This document shows, one piece after another, positions 12,051-26,150 of a stretch of 64,000 nucleotides of DNA (position 1 is its first letter; the number at the start of each line of letters is the position of its first letter). Source of the stretch: Felis catus (Eukaryota); contig NC_058368.1 of assembly GCF_018350175.1 (NCBI RefSeq), positions 209,872,001-209,936,000 on the forward strand, given 5' to 3'. The translations under genes were made by a program, and so were the position numbers. The notes below the pieces were generated by a model. The model was given only the letters and a program-made list of their open reading frames with translations. It searched no databases and had not been told where the DNA came from.

Positions 12051-15000
12051 TAGTTCCAATTTTTAGTGTGCAGTATTCAACACAGTATCCTCACCAGCAC
12101 ATAGGAATTATAAAAGGCTCTGGTAATATCTGGTTCTTTACTGCTTGTTCATATAAAGGCCAAATCACACTGAAATAAGTGCTTCATCTTATAATAAGTA
12201 AATAAATAAATATTTATAAATCTTACTTTACTTCCAATCAAATGTAATTTCACTGGAATTGATTGTTTTCTGATCTTTTTTAAAACACATTTAAACATTT
12301 GTCATTCAATTATAACATAAAATGGGTGCAATAAACACAAGATACTCATTTTCGTCACCTGGAATTTGACCATATCAAGCTATTAGGAATTTTAGACATC
12401 TCCCAAATGACAAGACCAGACTTGGTTTTACAAGTTTCATTTCTAAGTTGGCTGTTTGTTATTAGAAATACATTAACTCAAAAACAACAATATTTCCATA
12501 GATGGGTAGGATCCTGGCTAGTCCAAAAGTTATTTATTAATTAAATTATTAAGTTGTTTAAGAAATTTATATTATTTATCATTTAGGAAAAAACCGGTAG
12601 AGCAGCTGCTCTATCAACGATACAGGTAGACACAAGCCAGTGTAGATGGAGGAAGGGATTATTCTTTCTAAACCTATGTGCATTAGACCCCATTTCCCAA
12701 AGTCTAACTCTTGCCAACCTGACTATATTCTCTCTTACAGCCACACCAGCAGTATCCAGACACTCTCTCCTTGGGAGTTCCATGTACCTCCTCCCCTTTT
12801 CCCCCATCAAATCCCACATTTACTCAGTGCCACCAATTTTCATCTAGGTGCTAGGAGGGAAAGTAAGCCAGCTCAGTGAGTGAGTCCTGGGCAGTGGGCG
12901 AATGACATCTCTTAACTCCAGTCTACCAGGGAGATACATGCCTAACAGAGCAGCAGAAAAACAGCCAGGAGGCAAAGTCTCAAAAGGCTTTTGTAGTCAA
13001 TAAGCTGATCTTGCTTGGAAATGTAGTTCTGGCATCAGCTCCTCTAGAATGTCTCAGTTTCTTTGCATTCTCTAATATGGAACCCACATTTTCTAAAAGT
13101 TCTTCTTTATAGGGGGAAAGCACACAGGAGTCACCATTTATATGGTGAAAAGGGATAATTTCAGGTCAAAAGCTTTGAAGAGAAGGGTTGTTTAGAGGGA
13201 TAGCACACTGCAAATACTCTTTGAGTCAGTGATGCCCCTGACTATGTTTTGGTATGTTTACTATCTCGGGGTTTACCAAGTGAGCCATTTCTACTCCTAG
13301 GAAAGAAGAGGTTATGTTGGGAGGGGCAATACTGATTGAACCCTTAATGGGCTCAAGGTGGCATGATCCTCATCACAACTTTATGAGGGTAGATATGATC
13401 ATGTCTATTTTCAAAAATGAATACACTGATGCTCAAAGCTAGTGAACTTGCTCAAGTCTACAGAGTTAGTAAGTGATTGATTTGGGAATTCTAAAGAAAA
13501 CCCAGTTCTCTTTCTACTACACTTTAATGCCTCTCAAACACAGATATACCCTTGTAGCCAAAGCCTGACCCTGGCTCCCGGGTCTTCAGCATCTCTAATC
13601 CCTAAACTCTAGAAGCACTTGAGTAATAATCTCAGATCTGCTAGAAATGTCCCAGAAGCACCCAGTACATGTTGGAACCCTTCACAGGTCCCTTTACAAT
13701 ATGGTTACCATAGTGCTAAGTCACTGTTTAAAATGGTGACACTGAATCCCTTTCTTTGGAATGATTTAACTAAACTTATATAAAACTTTTAATTAAAATA
13801 TCTTGCCTCTTTTGCCCCACCGCACACATTTTAATCCTTGGAAACCATCAGTAACAAAGCTGGAGAGGACATTACATGAAAACATGCTTCAGGGTCCCAT
13901 GCTTAATGACAACAGCCAGCAGTCATTGGGTACATGCAAGATGCCAAGCCCTCCAAGCACACTGCCTCACAGGACCATGGAAGCCAGGACTAGTAGAGCC
14001 TACACTTCACTTCTCATGAAGAACTGGAGTCATCGAGAGGGTAGGTAAACTGCCGAAACCTCACAGCTAGTAGAGGTTGGGGCCACGGTCAATGCAGGGA
14101 ACAGTCAAGCCGCTTCCCCAATGTCAGGGGGATGGCTGAGGTGGACTTCATACCCAGGCTGTTCAGCTCCAAGCCCAGACTCTTACTTACTATGCTGTAC
14201 TCATGGCCTCTCAACAGTCATGGTACTAATTCAAAGAGCCTAAGTTAGTACACAATATTTTGCCTATCTTTTCATTCCATTTTGAGTTAGTTTAACTGAT
14301 ACAGAGCCTAAGTTGGGCAAAGGTTTTGTTGATTTTGCTTAATGAAGTCAACATCTAGCTTTTTGCAGTTCATTTGTTGAATAAATAAACAGAAGACATT
14401 TTTCTTCAGCTTTTGCTCTGCTGGGCAATATTGGAGGTGAGGCCAGTGTGATAAGGTCAGCCAGCTCTCAGTGTCAAATACAGAGGAAATGCTCTGAACG
14501 TGAAGATTGCTTTTTTGGGTAAGCAGTTCAGGTTTCTGATTACACAGCCCAGCAATGATAAAAAGCCTTCCCTGAACCATCCTCACATCCTGAAGAACAG
14601 ACTTCTCAGAGCCCTCTACTCTCTGCCCTTCTGACCAATTAGAGGTAGCAGGGCGGGGTGGTTTTCTTCACTTTGGTAAAGCCACTCACTGCCTTTACAG
14701 AGCTGAGGGCTCTGCCTTACTTGAAGCCCATTGATTGATGTTCCCAGAGCTAATCAAAGCCTTTATGGCCTCCAGACCTTTAATGCAAAAGAATAGATTC
14801 TTTATTATTGATTACTCTGCAAAAATAACCATAAAAATCAGAATAACTTCCCAATGGGTTTGTTACAGCTGAAGCAAACTTTGCAATCTGCATCTTGGTG
14901 ACATTAAAGAAAACACAGATGTCACAATTCAATTCAGATTGCTCATTCTCAGTCAAGAGTCTTCTAGCATTCCTCTTTTGGTATTTTACAAGATTTCTGG

Positions 15001-15779
15001 AATCTAGGGAATATCTTAACTGGAATGTTTAAGGTGATCAAAATTAACAGTGCTGGTTGAATGCTATAAACCAAGATGCATTTTTATTTAAATACTTTCT
15101 TCTAACACAGAAAGTTCAAGAAGTGAGTTCTTCAGGGGTTCACTGTTTCCCCTAGAGAGCCTATACAACAAACACTTCTTTGGAAGATTAAATACCATTT
15201 CACTTTTCTAAAGACACAAGGTCCACACTAGAGCCTCAGAAAGAACACCACCACAGGCTTCCTTTTGAAGGCCAAGCACGCACAGCACATTAAAAGCTAA
15301 AGACCTATTTTAAAGAATTTGGTCCATATTTAATCTGATAAAATTACAGAAAATATTAAGCCAGAAAATATTTAAGAGTAGAAAAACGTGGCACAAGTTG
15401 AAGTAAAATTCGGACCAATTCACCCAATTTAACTTTTGGTAAATGTTGCAGTTTGAAATAGTAAAATTTTACTCGAGTTTCTACCCTGTTTCCAAACTGT
15501 CATGAACAGATTGGCAGACCACAGCTCTCTAGAATTACTACTTACAATACTAAATTCTTCAGAAGAAGATATGATGCCCCCAAAGAGCTCAGATGACACA
15601 AGGGTATCTAAAAGTAACAGTGGCGCTGATTTTAGAGGAAGACTTTATATTCTGAGGCCACCATATGAATACCACCAAATGCCTACCCAGGATGAGCTAA
15701 CTAGCTCTTCTAACATTGACACTGCAAACCAGTCAGAGGACATTCAAACCCCCATCCAGAATAAGCGTGGCCTGCAGAT

Positions 15780-16198
15780 CTTTAGCCAGAACGAGAACAT
15801 TTGCCTCCTTGTTGTCACTCCACCACCTCGGACATGATCCCACTTTCTGGCCCTGGTTCTGGCTCTTCTTTCTGCCTGGAATACTCTTCTCAGAGATTCC
15901 CAGGTTTGCTTCCAGACTTAGTACAAATGTCATCTTCTTATTGGAACCGACCCTGAATTTCTCCCTCAGCCGCCTGAATTTGTTTCAGTAGTTCCTATTA
16001 CCTTCTAAAACACAGTATAATTTTCTAACTTATTATGCTTGTTGTTCATTGTTGTCTCTGCCTCCTAGAATATAAGTTCCGAGAGATCAAGATTGGTTTT
16101 CCTGCTGTATGTTTGTTCACTGATATATATCAAGCCCCTGAAACAGTTCCTGGCACACAGTAGGTGCTCGGTATATTGATGAATGAATAAACAAAGAG
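15780..16198 (+). mobile_element. LINE-2 3' end
   Basis: 'ctagaatataagttcc...cagttcctggcacacagtaggtgctc...tgaatgaat'. Confidence 0.65.
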
Positions 16199-16872
16199 CA
16201 TGACTTAATTCTCTTTCAGATGACCCTGGCTCACGTTGAACCGTGTTGAACACATTTCTGAATGGAGGAATCGCTTCGCTCTGTGCTTTGCAGCAAATGC
16301 CACTCCCCACCACATTCTGTGAGCAGAGAAGCCTACCCTCAGGAACATCCCCTCCTCCAAACTGTGATTATTCTGTCGTGATCTGTGGAACTGGATCTCA
16401 ACGGAGCTACGATTTCTCATATGGCTGAGGTTTTTAGATTCACAAACTAGGAGCGATAGCTCCTGATTCCTGTTTCTCTCACAAGGCTTGTTTTTTTGAA
16501 TATAAAAGACAGTGGATGTGAGGTGGTAGAAAGTTCATGGACTGACAATCTGGGATGAGGTTCTGGGCCTGACGCTGCCAGCAAATTATGTCAGTCGGGA
16601 CTTTAAAGATTTAATCTTCATATCAAAGCTACAGGATTTAATATCACCATCTTACAGATGTGGAGACTGAACCCGAGAAAGAGTAAGCCACTTGTTCCAG
16701 GCGACATGACCAGTAACTGATGTTGGCAGAATGGGGTTTGAAACTTAGGCCTGCCTATTTCCACAGCCCACATCTTCAAATCATATAATCTCTTTGGACC
16801 TCTTTTTTTTTTTTTTTTTTGGTCACAAAACGGGAGGGATAGGTCAGAAAAGGCAGTATCTAAAATCCTCTT

Positions 16873-17109
16873 GGGGTGTCTGGGTGGCTCAGTCAGCTGA
16901 GCATCTGACTTCGGCTCAGGTCATGATCTCGCAGTCTGTAAGTTCAAGCCCCATGTCGGGCTCTGTGCTGACAGCTCACAGCCTGGAGCCTGTTTCGGAT
17001 TCTGTGTCTCCCTCTTTCTCTGCCCCTCCCCCACTCGTGCTCTCTCTTTCTCTCTCTCTCTCTCTCTGTCAAAAACAAACATTAAAAAAATAATAAAAAA
17101 ATAAAAAAA
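16873..17109 (+). mobile_element. CanSINE
   Basis: Consensus body; TSD taaaat(c/t)ctc. Confidence 0.92.
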
Positions 17110-18019
17110 TAAAATTCTCGTGACCTTTAATGTTCTCGCCTAAAGGTTCTGATTTTACAAGAACCATGTAAACCAAAAGCATTATAAATCTTAACTGCTT
17201 TACTATGAATTCATCTCGTTTCTCCTAATGAATTCTAACGTCCTGGATAATGCATATGACAGCATTTTTTAATACATCAAAAAATGCTTTGTCAACTTGG
17301 CCATTACAGTTATTGCGGCAGGTAGACAATAAATAATTCTTAAAGATCAAATAAAAGTTTCTATTTTAGAACTTGGCTAGCGTGTAGCCCAAGCTGGAGA
17401 AGTCGTGAGTCCGTCTCGTGCAAACCTGCCGAAGCTGGTGGACATAAAGTCCCATTGGTTTATTTTTAACAAGAAGGGCAAGGGCATAATGGTGAATTTA
17501 CCTGCCCGAGAGGTCTGCTGGTCTTGGTCTTCCGTTTCACCCCAAACTTCCAGGCATTTCCTGGTGAGAAGCTACTGGGTTTGAGGCAACCTTTCGACCC
17601 TCCCCCACCCCTCTGTTCCCACATCCTTCAGAGAGTTGGGCCCTGGCTTCGTTCAGTCTTTTGTCCTTTGGTATTTCCTGTTGCTGGAGGTGGAAATACC
17701 TGCTCCAGCCTTGTTCTGCCAGCGGAGCCCAGACGAACCAGCTCTGGGTAACTAACGCAGACCCAAGTCCACACGGCATACAACTCTGGCAGACAACTGT
17801 CTCAGAAGAACCTAAGGAGCTCTGAAAAGCCTGGTGCTTTCTTCCTAAAAGCGCACTGACATAGGCTATGCGAAATGCTAACTAAACTTACAAATAATCC
17901 TACAGGTCTTTTAAATGTCCACCCCATGGTCGTTGGAAAAATATCCCACTAAAATCATTAACACCCGTTGCTTTCCTTTCTGGTAAAAAATAAAATATTG
18001 TTATGAGTAAATAGAAACC

Positions 18020-18470
18020 ATGAATGCAATTTCAATTCTGGGCATATACCCCACAGATACACTATACCTAGGGGAAATCACTTTTGTACAGGATTATTCT
18101 TTATACCATTTAACAAATATCTAAAAGTTGGAAACAATCTAAGTGGCCATCAATTGGGAATTGCTTCCATAAATGAGGGTACATGCATAGAGTGCACCCC
18201 CAAGAGAGAATGAGGAGGTTCTTTTTGTGCTAATAAGGAATGATGTCCAAGGCATATTGTAAAGTCAAAAAAGTAAGGTATAAAGCAGGCTATATAATCT
18301 ATGCCAGCATTTGTATACAAAAGCCAAAAAAAAAAAAAAAGGGATATGTATTTATTTTTATACTCATAATTCTAAAGGCACACAAGAAACTGATAGCAAG
18401 GTATTTATATCCTTTTGTAATTTTTTATTTTGGGCAATGTAAGTGTATTTCATAAGTAAAATAACAAAAT
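18020..18470 (+). mobile_element. Old LINE-1 3' end fragment
   Basis: 'gcaatttcaattctgggcatatacccc' and 'ttggaaacaatctaagtggccatcaat'. Confidence 0.55.
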
Positions 18471-18524
18471 AAATAAGCAAAAAAAGTTGGCTCACATTTT
18501 TTATCTTTAAATCTGACTGAATTC

Positions 18525-18648
18525 AGGGCACCTGGCTGGCTCAGTTGGAAGGGCATGCGACTCTTGAACTTGCAATCATGAGTTCAAGTCCCATGTTGGG
18601 CGTACAGATTGCTTAAATAAATAAAAATAAGACTTGAAAAAAATTTTT
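18525..18648 (+). mobile_element. Short tRNA-like CanSINE without the (CT)n region
   Basis: A and B boxes then an A tail; TSD tgactgaattc. Confidence 0.8.
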
Positions 18649-19670
18649 TGACTGAATTCTAAACTACATCATTTCTGCTGGATGCCTGGATGTTTCTAAA
18701 AATTCACTTTGGGTCTGGGTTGGTTTCTCCTCAACCTTGCTTTAATTTGCTCTAACAGTGAGTGTACTTCATTTGGGCCACGGAGAGGAAAGTCGCTAGT
18801 TGCATTCAGATTTCTAGTGAGTGGATCACTTTCTGACCAAACAGTTCTTTTTTTCCTGGAGACAAGGAAGTGAATCTGAAAAAACTTTGAACTCCACCAT
18901 TATAGGATCATGTCTGCTTCAACGCACTAGCCCTTGGAGTTACAAGTACACCAAAGCGGCAAAGTCACGTTGGAAACTACCAGACAAAGGTAACATCCAT
19001 CATACTGTGTAAAGCTCTTTCACATCATACTCTTTCATCATCCAACATACTGTGTGAAGCATCGCGGTGTCAGAATTTACAAAGTTCACTGAATCTCGGC
19101 TTTTTTGTATGACTATGTCATTTGCCTTAAAAAAGCAAATTCGAGGAGACAAAAGTAAATAAACAAAAAGATAACTTTGGTCTTAGGCAGTCTGGTAAAA
19201 GACTCACAGTTTTCTTTTTGATGCCTTTACCTTCACATTCATCAACAAGCTGAAGGTGCCAGCAAGCACACGTATCCCTGGGGTTTTGCCTTACTTGCTT
19301 TAAAGATGAAATTTCAAGGGATGCAATGTGTCTAAAGGCAGGGGCCTTCTTTTCAGTATGTGAAGGGCAGCAATTGTCCATTTCTACTCTCATTAGGGAC
19401 AAATGAGCTTCATCTTACAAGATTCTGAATAGAAAATCTTTCGCTAATAGCCCATTGTTTTCTCTCTGGGAAGCAGAAGCAGTTTATGGCCTGGAATCAT
19501 TGTTGGAGAACTGGAGAAGTCTCTTTGGGTACAAGAAGAATGGAGTTGTCCCTTCTGGAGACAGAAAGTCAGTCTTGAAATTCAAAACTTAAGTGTGCCT
19601 TTTAACTAGCTGCTCCTTAATTTACCTTTGAATCTTTGATATGATACACAGAGTGAAAAAGGAGTGCCTT

Positions 19671-19675
19671 CCCCG

Positions 19676-19706
<31 letters not shown>
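19671..19706. repeat. Poly-C tract
   Basis: Read directly from the sequence. Confidence 0.9.
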
Positions 19707-19707
<1 letters not shown>

Positions 19708-22700
19708 CTTGTCTTAATTCAAAGGGAATATCTTCCTTTATCTAGTCTTGGGGGTTTTGTTCTTCTCTTTTTGTTTTCAAAACCACTCCAGGACCTCTCT
19801 TGATGGGGCATAGTGATGGAAATATTCTTGGGTTAGGGAGTAAGCTCTGGGCAACATTGACAGCACTGAAGCTTCACCTAAACCGCTTAATTTTTATACT
19901 TGGTGAGCACAATGGCTAAACTCTGTGCCCTGAAGTGCTCTGTGTGTTTCCTCATCTCGTAGCAATGATACAGCTCACCTAGCTGCCAGACCAAATAGTT
20001 GATGAATGATAGCACCCTAGTGTTCCATAAATAAATATCAAGTACTCTAACACCTGGAATGTACAACTTGGAAAAGACAGTGCTTTCGTTCCAGTTGCCT
20101 TTTCCAGATACCGCAGGCTCTTCATAGCTCTGCTGTCTCTGTAGCAAGGACAGGGAGGGACCCACAGCTCTCCTCCTCTGATTTATGACAGACAATCAGA
20201 AGAGTGCTGGGCAGAGGTGGCTTCTGCAGCGGCATGCCTCATTTGTGTGCTCCGACACGGGTTTATCACACCCAGAGTTCAGGAACTCCAGGGTCCTCAA
20301 GAATTTAGCTGCTTGTTGATGGGAAAGACTGGTGAGGATGGGTTGGGAGGTCAACAGTAGAGGGAAAAGGTCTCTGCCATCGTACGGCATCAAGGAGTAG
20401 AAAGGGAACAGGGAACACTGATGTATCTTATTCCCTTCATTCTGCTTTAGAGAAGGGCAAATCAGAGGTTCAGTGATAGAACTGTGGAGCTGGAAGCAGA
20501 CATTAGCCCCAATGTAATTTGCTGATGAGGAAATACGAGGCCCAGCGATTTGTCCTAAATCACAAAGTGAGTGAGTGGATGGCAGAGCTGGCTCTGTCAC
20601 CAGGACTCTGAGACTCTCCGTGCTTTCTCAGCTGCATCACAGACCTGTGCAGACACTACTCAGAAGGAGGATGGACTGGCCCTGGATTGCGGTGCTAGAG
20701 AGAGCACCCTGGAAGCGCTTTGTAAACCGTAACACTGCCGCGGTGGAAGGTGTTATTACTGCAGGTAATTGTTCCGAGCACACCCGCTCATTTGATCACC
20801 TACTTGAAAGAGAAATTTGAAATTGCCTGCTCAGTTTTCCTCATTATCTGAACGAACAGGAAGAAGACAGCAAAGTAAAAATCCAGAGACAATCTTAGAA
20901 CAAATCAAGCCCTCTGCCCCATACTTCAGAAGAATGTTGACCAACTCTGTTAGAAACCAGCAACACTCCTCCCAGGTCTCCAGAAGACTTCATCTGGCCT
21001 GCCCAACTCTGGTAGGGGTGGCAGTTAAGGAGTGGCAGACACCAAAATGCTGGAAAAAAGGAGAAACCAGGGAGGTGCTTGACTCTCAGATTGGTCCCAA
21101 GTGGCATGAACAAAGTGCGCTACCGAGAAGGTTCAAACATTGACTGAGAACATTTTCTCAGCAAGTTTACTTTCCTGAGAAAGACATCTACTCCCTCCAT
21201 CGAGCAGTCGGTATTATGATAAGGGCTGTGCCAGGGGATTACTTTCTGCTTCAGCTCGGAGGCCAGGTGGGTAAGGGACAGATAATGACAGTATTACTTA
21301 CTGAGGCTTTCAGCTCTGCCTCTCAAAGCCCTTTACAACTGCTAAATCTCTTCCTACAACTCTGCTTGGCTCTCTTCTCTAGCCAAGGAAATAGAAGCCG
21401 CTACTCCTACCCATAAACCAGGTGACCATCTTCTCCCCTTCCTAGTCCCTGTCCCCCCACCCCCACCCCCATCCCTGGGTCTCAGTCCTGTAGCAGAAAG
21501 TATCAGCGAATCGGTGTGCATTTCCACTTGGTGCCTGAGCAAAGGCACAGGCAAAAGATGAGGGGTTTACAGTTTGTGTGGATACTCTACCTGCCAAGCC
21601 CTTAGGGAAATTATTAAAAGTTACATGGTTGTAAGCGGCAGAATTGGAACATAAATCCTGGCAGAGAGGGGTTACAATTATTCTATTTTATACATGAAGG
21701 AACGGAGGCTCAGTTCCAGAACTGGGACATAAACCTCAAAGTGTCTGACTCCAGAGTCCATAGCTCTGATCCACTCCCCTATACTGTGCCAGACTTAAAC
21801 CCCAGGATAGGAGGCAGCTCCTTGGAATGCTTTTTGAGAATGAAACTGAGGGCTGGGATCCAAGTGAGCTGTAAGCACATGTCAGGTAGTTGTTATAGCT
21901 GCCCCTGACAATTTTTCTGTGTTTCTGCTCCCTGGGGGAGAAGACAAAGCAGAGGAACATCACTAGTCCCTACACCCTATCCTTGTGTCCCTTCTCCAGA
22001 GCATGGCACTGTGAATCCACTGCTTCTGAGCTCCTTAGGCCTAACACTTCCCTCCCAGCCCTCTGTCCCCAGGGGCCTCTGAGAGGAGCTCGGCACCCGG
22101 GGAGCGCTTGCCTCAGGAGCCACCCTTTCTAGAAGCTTCCTGAAGCGCCCCCTCTCTCTCTTCTCACTTCCAGGAAGTGTGGAAGAACCATAAATCCCAG
22201 CCCGGGAATCATTCACCGTTCTTTGGGTTCCTGTTGTTCAACTGTGTGGAGACTCCCTTCTTTTGGTGAGCCGGGAGGCTGCCCGCATGGGTGCATGGGT
22301 GCCGCTCTACACCCGCACCACCCATTCAAACCCTTGGCTCGTTTGGTCCCATCACCGATCACTTGAGTGCAGCAACGGATGGCTAACCACATCGGTAAAC
22401 TTGTCTGACTGAACTGGCTGACTCAGCCAGATACTGCGTACGTGTGGAAGGTACAAAATACCTGGCCTTGCTGGGAGGTTACTGCTTTACTCATAAAGAA
22501 GAGTTAACTGTGTTCTGAGAATGGTCTCACTTACAGAGTAGCTGATGCAGGAGGATAACCCGATTCATGGATCATTATCCATTTAACCTTCAAAGAGAGA
22601 ACTGTCCTTGTTCAGTCTCGACATCAAAAGAATACCTGCAAAATCTCTAGGTACCCTGAGCCTCTTGCACTGTATTCCCGTTGTAACGTTTACATCCCCA

Positions 22701-23029
22701 AATCAACATGTCCAAAAAACTGAAATCATCCTTCCCACTCTCCCTCAATCTTCTTCCTGTATTCTACTTTTACTGGGAGCACCAGCACCCTCGGTCACCC
22801 GAGTCAGCAACTGGACCAACCCAACAGGCTGCAGTCTGGCTCTTCTGTCAACGCTCACGTGCCATCAATCAATCGTCAAGATGCAGGGTGCCCCTGGGAC
22901 TGAGGTCTCAATTCCATGTGTCCTTTCCATCGCTTCTGTTGTTGGGTCAGTGCACACCCTCAGCTAACTGATGTCATAAAACAAGAATGGACATGCCCCA
23001 AGGGCAGGGACCAGCACTCAGAAGAGTGT

Positions 23030-23225
23030 GGTGGGTAAGAGTATAAAGTTCCAGCCAGAACAGTGGATTTGCATCCCAGTTGGTGAGCTGTTTCCTTATC
23101 TGTGAAATAAGAATAAGAATACCTCCCTGCCTTATTTGTTCTGAGAATTAAATAAAGCCAATGTATTAACAGCACGTACAACAGTGCTTGGTACAGTGTT
23201 AGTGTTTGCAATGCATATTATATGT
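23030..23225 (+). mobile_element. MIR SINE
   Basis: 'tttccttatctgtgaaata', 'gagaattaaat' and 'aacagtgcttggtaca'. Confidence 0.55.
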
Positions 23226-23231
23226 GTAACG

Positions 23232-23345
23232 ATAGATGAGGAAACTGAGGCACAGAGCAGTTAAACGCCTTCTCTAGGATCATACAGCTATTAAATGATA
23301 CAGTTCACATATAAATCCAGTCGCTGCTTCATCAAAAGCCATATT
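23232..23345 (-). mobile_element. MIR SINE core
   Basis: 'agatgaggaaactgaggcacagag'. Confidence 0.6.
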
Positions 23346-24010
23346 CTTTTTTCCCACATGGTACATCTAGGTTGTTAACAAGAAAAGTACAACCTCTAAA
23401 GTATCAACACAAAGATCATATATTATATACAACAGTATGGATAATATGATCTCACTTAAAAAATGTTGACATAATTAAAAACCTCACCAAAACAAAAACC
23501 TCCTTATTACTACCTCTGAAATTTGTCTATTCCTTTGTCATCCCATTTTTATCTCTTCTACTAAACTACCTGAGGGCAAAGATTCTCTATTGCATAGCAC
23601 AGACCAGATACCCAACATTTAGTATGTGTTAAATTGCTGAATAGCACTGAATCTTTCTTTAAAAAAAAATTATTCAGCAGATAATAGATAATAGATGATA
23701 TACGAATGTGGCGAAAAGCCTTCAAACCATACAAAAACTTAGAGGAAAGTAATATTCCTTCCATCCCATTACCAGACACCCAGCTCTCATCCCAGAAGCA
23801 GCCACAATGACCAGTTTCTTGTATATCTTTCAGAGATAGTATCGAATTGCGCTGAATTGTAGTGCCATTTACATTCATTGCCAAAGACTACAAGGTAATG
23901 ATGAGCAATGCTTTATACACATGTAGCCAGTATGTTTTCTTTTCTGAAAAGTCACCAATTTTTCTCAAACCCATATAGAGGACAACCCAAACATAAAAGG
24001 TGCGTGCGTG

Positions 24011-24012
<2 letters not shown>

Positions 24013-24049
<37 letters not shown>
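24013..24049. repeat. (TG)n microsatellite
   Basis: Read directly from the sequence. Confidence 0.95.
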
Positions 24050-24053
<4 letters not shown>

Positions 24054-25705
24054 AAAGATGCTAGTTGCTGTTTGTGAACTCCCTCAGGTAAAACCACCAT
24101 CCAGTTCTATGCAATTCTATTTAGTTTCCTTCCCCTCGTAGCTGATGTTATGACCCATTTCTTCAAAAATTTTTAGCCTGAGATTTCATTTTTATTGTGC
24201 TTTTTGCTCCCTGGATGTGGAAAGATGGGCATTCTATGACTTAAACATGACAAAGGACTTTCCCTTTCTTTCAGCAAGATGTCTGAGGTCACTCTCATAC
24301 CACTTACCACAGTTTGAAACGAGAAAGTGCTTCCTGGAGGAAGAAAGATAGTAACCACTCTTCTCAGTGTGGTTTTTGTTAGACAGATGTCTGCAACAGC
24401 CCTGGGAGACACTTTATCTAATGCTTTAGTAATGAACCCCCTTAAAGAGACTTAACACTTGGCATTGCCTTCTCTCAGGTTGCTAATTTGCTTTCATTAC
24501 GTGGCTTTGACATAGCATGGCATATTCGGACTGTGACATCACTTAGAAATGCCATTAGGAATGTCACTTCTTAGAACTGACATCAAACTGCACACATGGT
24601 TCTAGGCCTGTGCTTGTAGAGGAATTAATACTGAAATATTTACAATTCTCTACTTTAATCTGACTATATGGTTTCACATGTCTCTACTTCTCTGTAATAG
24701 TTTTTTCTAGTTTCCACTTCAACATACTAAATGCACATTTATTTTTTTTCCAAAAAGACAAAAGAATACAGACGGAATAAAAAATTTACCCAATATATAG
24801 GACTTTTTTTTGTATTAAAAATTATTAAAACCTAAGAATTTGGTTCTTCTCCTCTTTTCTTTGGGGAAAAGAACTTTTCTTCTTCCTTGCGAGCATCTTT
24901 CCATTTTTTGTCCAATGCTGCAGCAAATGAATTAGAGAGCTGAAGTCCAGACATGCTCTTATTATTCTTTTAGGGCTGATGTAGACATGGTACCCAGTGA
25001 CAAGCTAAATGGAGCCTTTGTTTCCATTGGGCCCTCAATGGAAGACACACCAAGAGATAACTGAAGGGTTCTTCCTTCTCTCCTAAGTCTGTTTGCTACC
25101 AAGTGGTCTATTGGCCATTCCAAGTCTTTGGTGTAGACTCAGTGGTCTCTCTGACTGTCAATGAGCTCTTTTTATTTGTTTCTTTGTTAGTGCCTTCTTC
25201 TTATTACTTCTACCTCTTCAGTTTCCATTAGTAAAGCCAACCATGAGGACATCCTGCCAAGTTATCTACCCCAGCTCAGCCAACTCACTGCAATTCTCAC
25301 AAATCTTAGGAAAGTCCTCGCTGGGCTAGGAAATGATCCCAGAACTCATAGAGAAAATGGACCATTAAGTCCTGGCATTATCTTCCTTCTATTAGAGATA
25401 TGTCTTTGTAATCACTTAGGAACTTGCTTCTCCATCAATCTGCTTTCCATGTGCAGGTTTTATTACTTTCCATTCCTTTATTCTCTAACTGAAACATTTC
25501 TGTTCTAGAAATTGAACTCTCCTTGTGTTTGGAACACCATGTTGAATAAATGTTTCTGCATCTTTTCCAAACATACTCCAGTATCACTGAGCTCTATTAT
25601 TATGTGTACAGGATTGTAGAATAAATGAGTATTTGTTAAATGCATGACAGGGATGTGGCTTAATCATCTGTAGGAGAATTATAAGTTTTCTGTGGGTCTG
25701 ACTGG

Positions 25706-25764
25706 GTAAATCATATAGTAAATCATATAGTAAATGTAAATCATATAGTAAATCATATAGTAAA
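25706..25764. repeat. Tandem repeat of gtaaatcatata (4 copies, one 6-nt interruption)
   Basis: Read directly from the sequence. Confidence 0.85.
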
Positions 25765-25889
25765 ATGACAATGCTATGTGAATGCATGTAGCACTGCTTG
25801 CTAATTGGCCTCTACCAAGACATAGCAGCATTTCTCTTCCTGGAATCTCTCACAAGATGCCAACTAGTTTGCAGAGCCCAAAGGCAGGA

Positions 25890-26150
25890 TGGCAAAGTGT
25901 TTAAGAGAATGGCCCCGGGCCTAGATAGCTTGAGTCTGACTTTGAGCTCTAGCGTTTACTATCTGCATGACTTTGGGCAAGTTGTTTGATCTCTCCATGC
26001 TCAGTATTCTCATCTCTAAAATAAGGATCATACTAATCATTCCTGCCCATTCGCTCATAGGCTTGTTTGAGGATGAAGTAAGCTAATCTAGGCAAAACAC
26101 TACTTAAGCAGCTGTAACAGTACTCCATCAGCGTTCACTATTATTATTAT
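25890..26150 (+). mobile_element. MIR SINE
   Basis: 'tgactttgggcaagttgtttgatctctc...ctcagtattctcatctctaaaat'. Confidence 0.65.

Noticed and set aside
18525..18648. tRNA-like sequence (also 34328-34448 and 44985-45106)
   Set aside because: A tails, TSDs on two of the three and the SINE-type 5' end indicate tRNA-derived SINEs, not tRNA genes.
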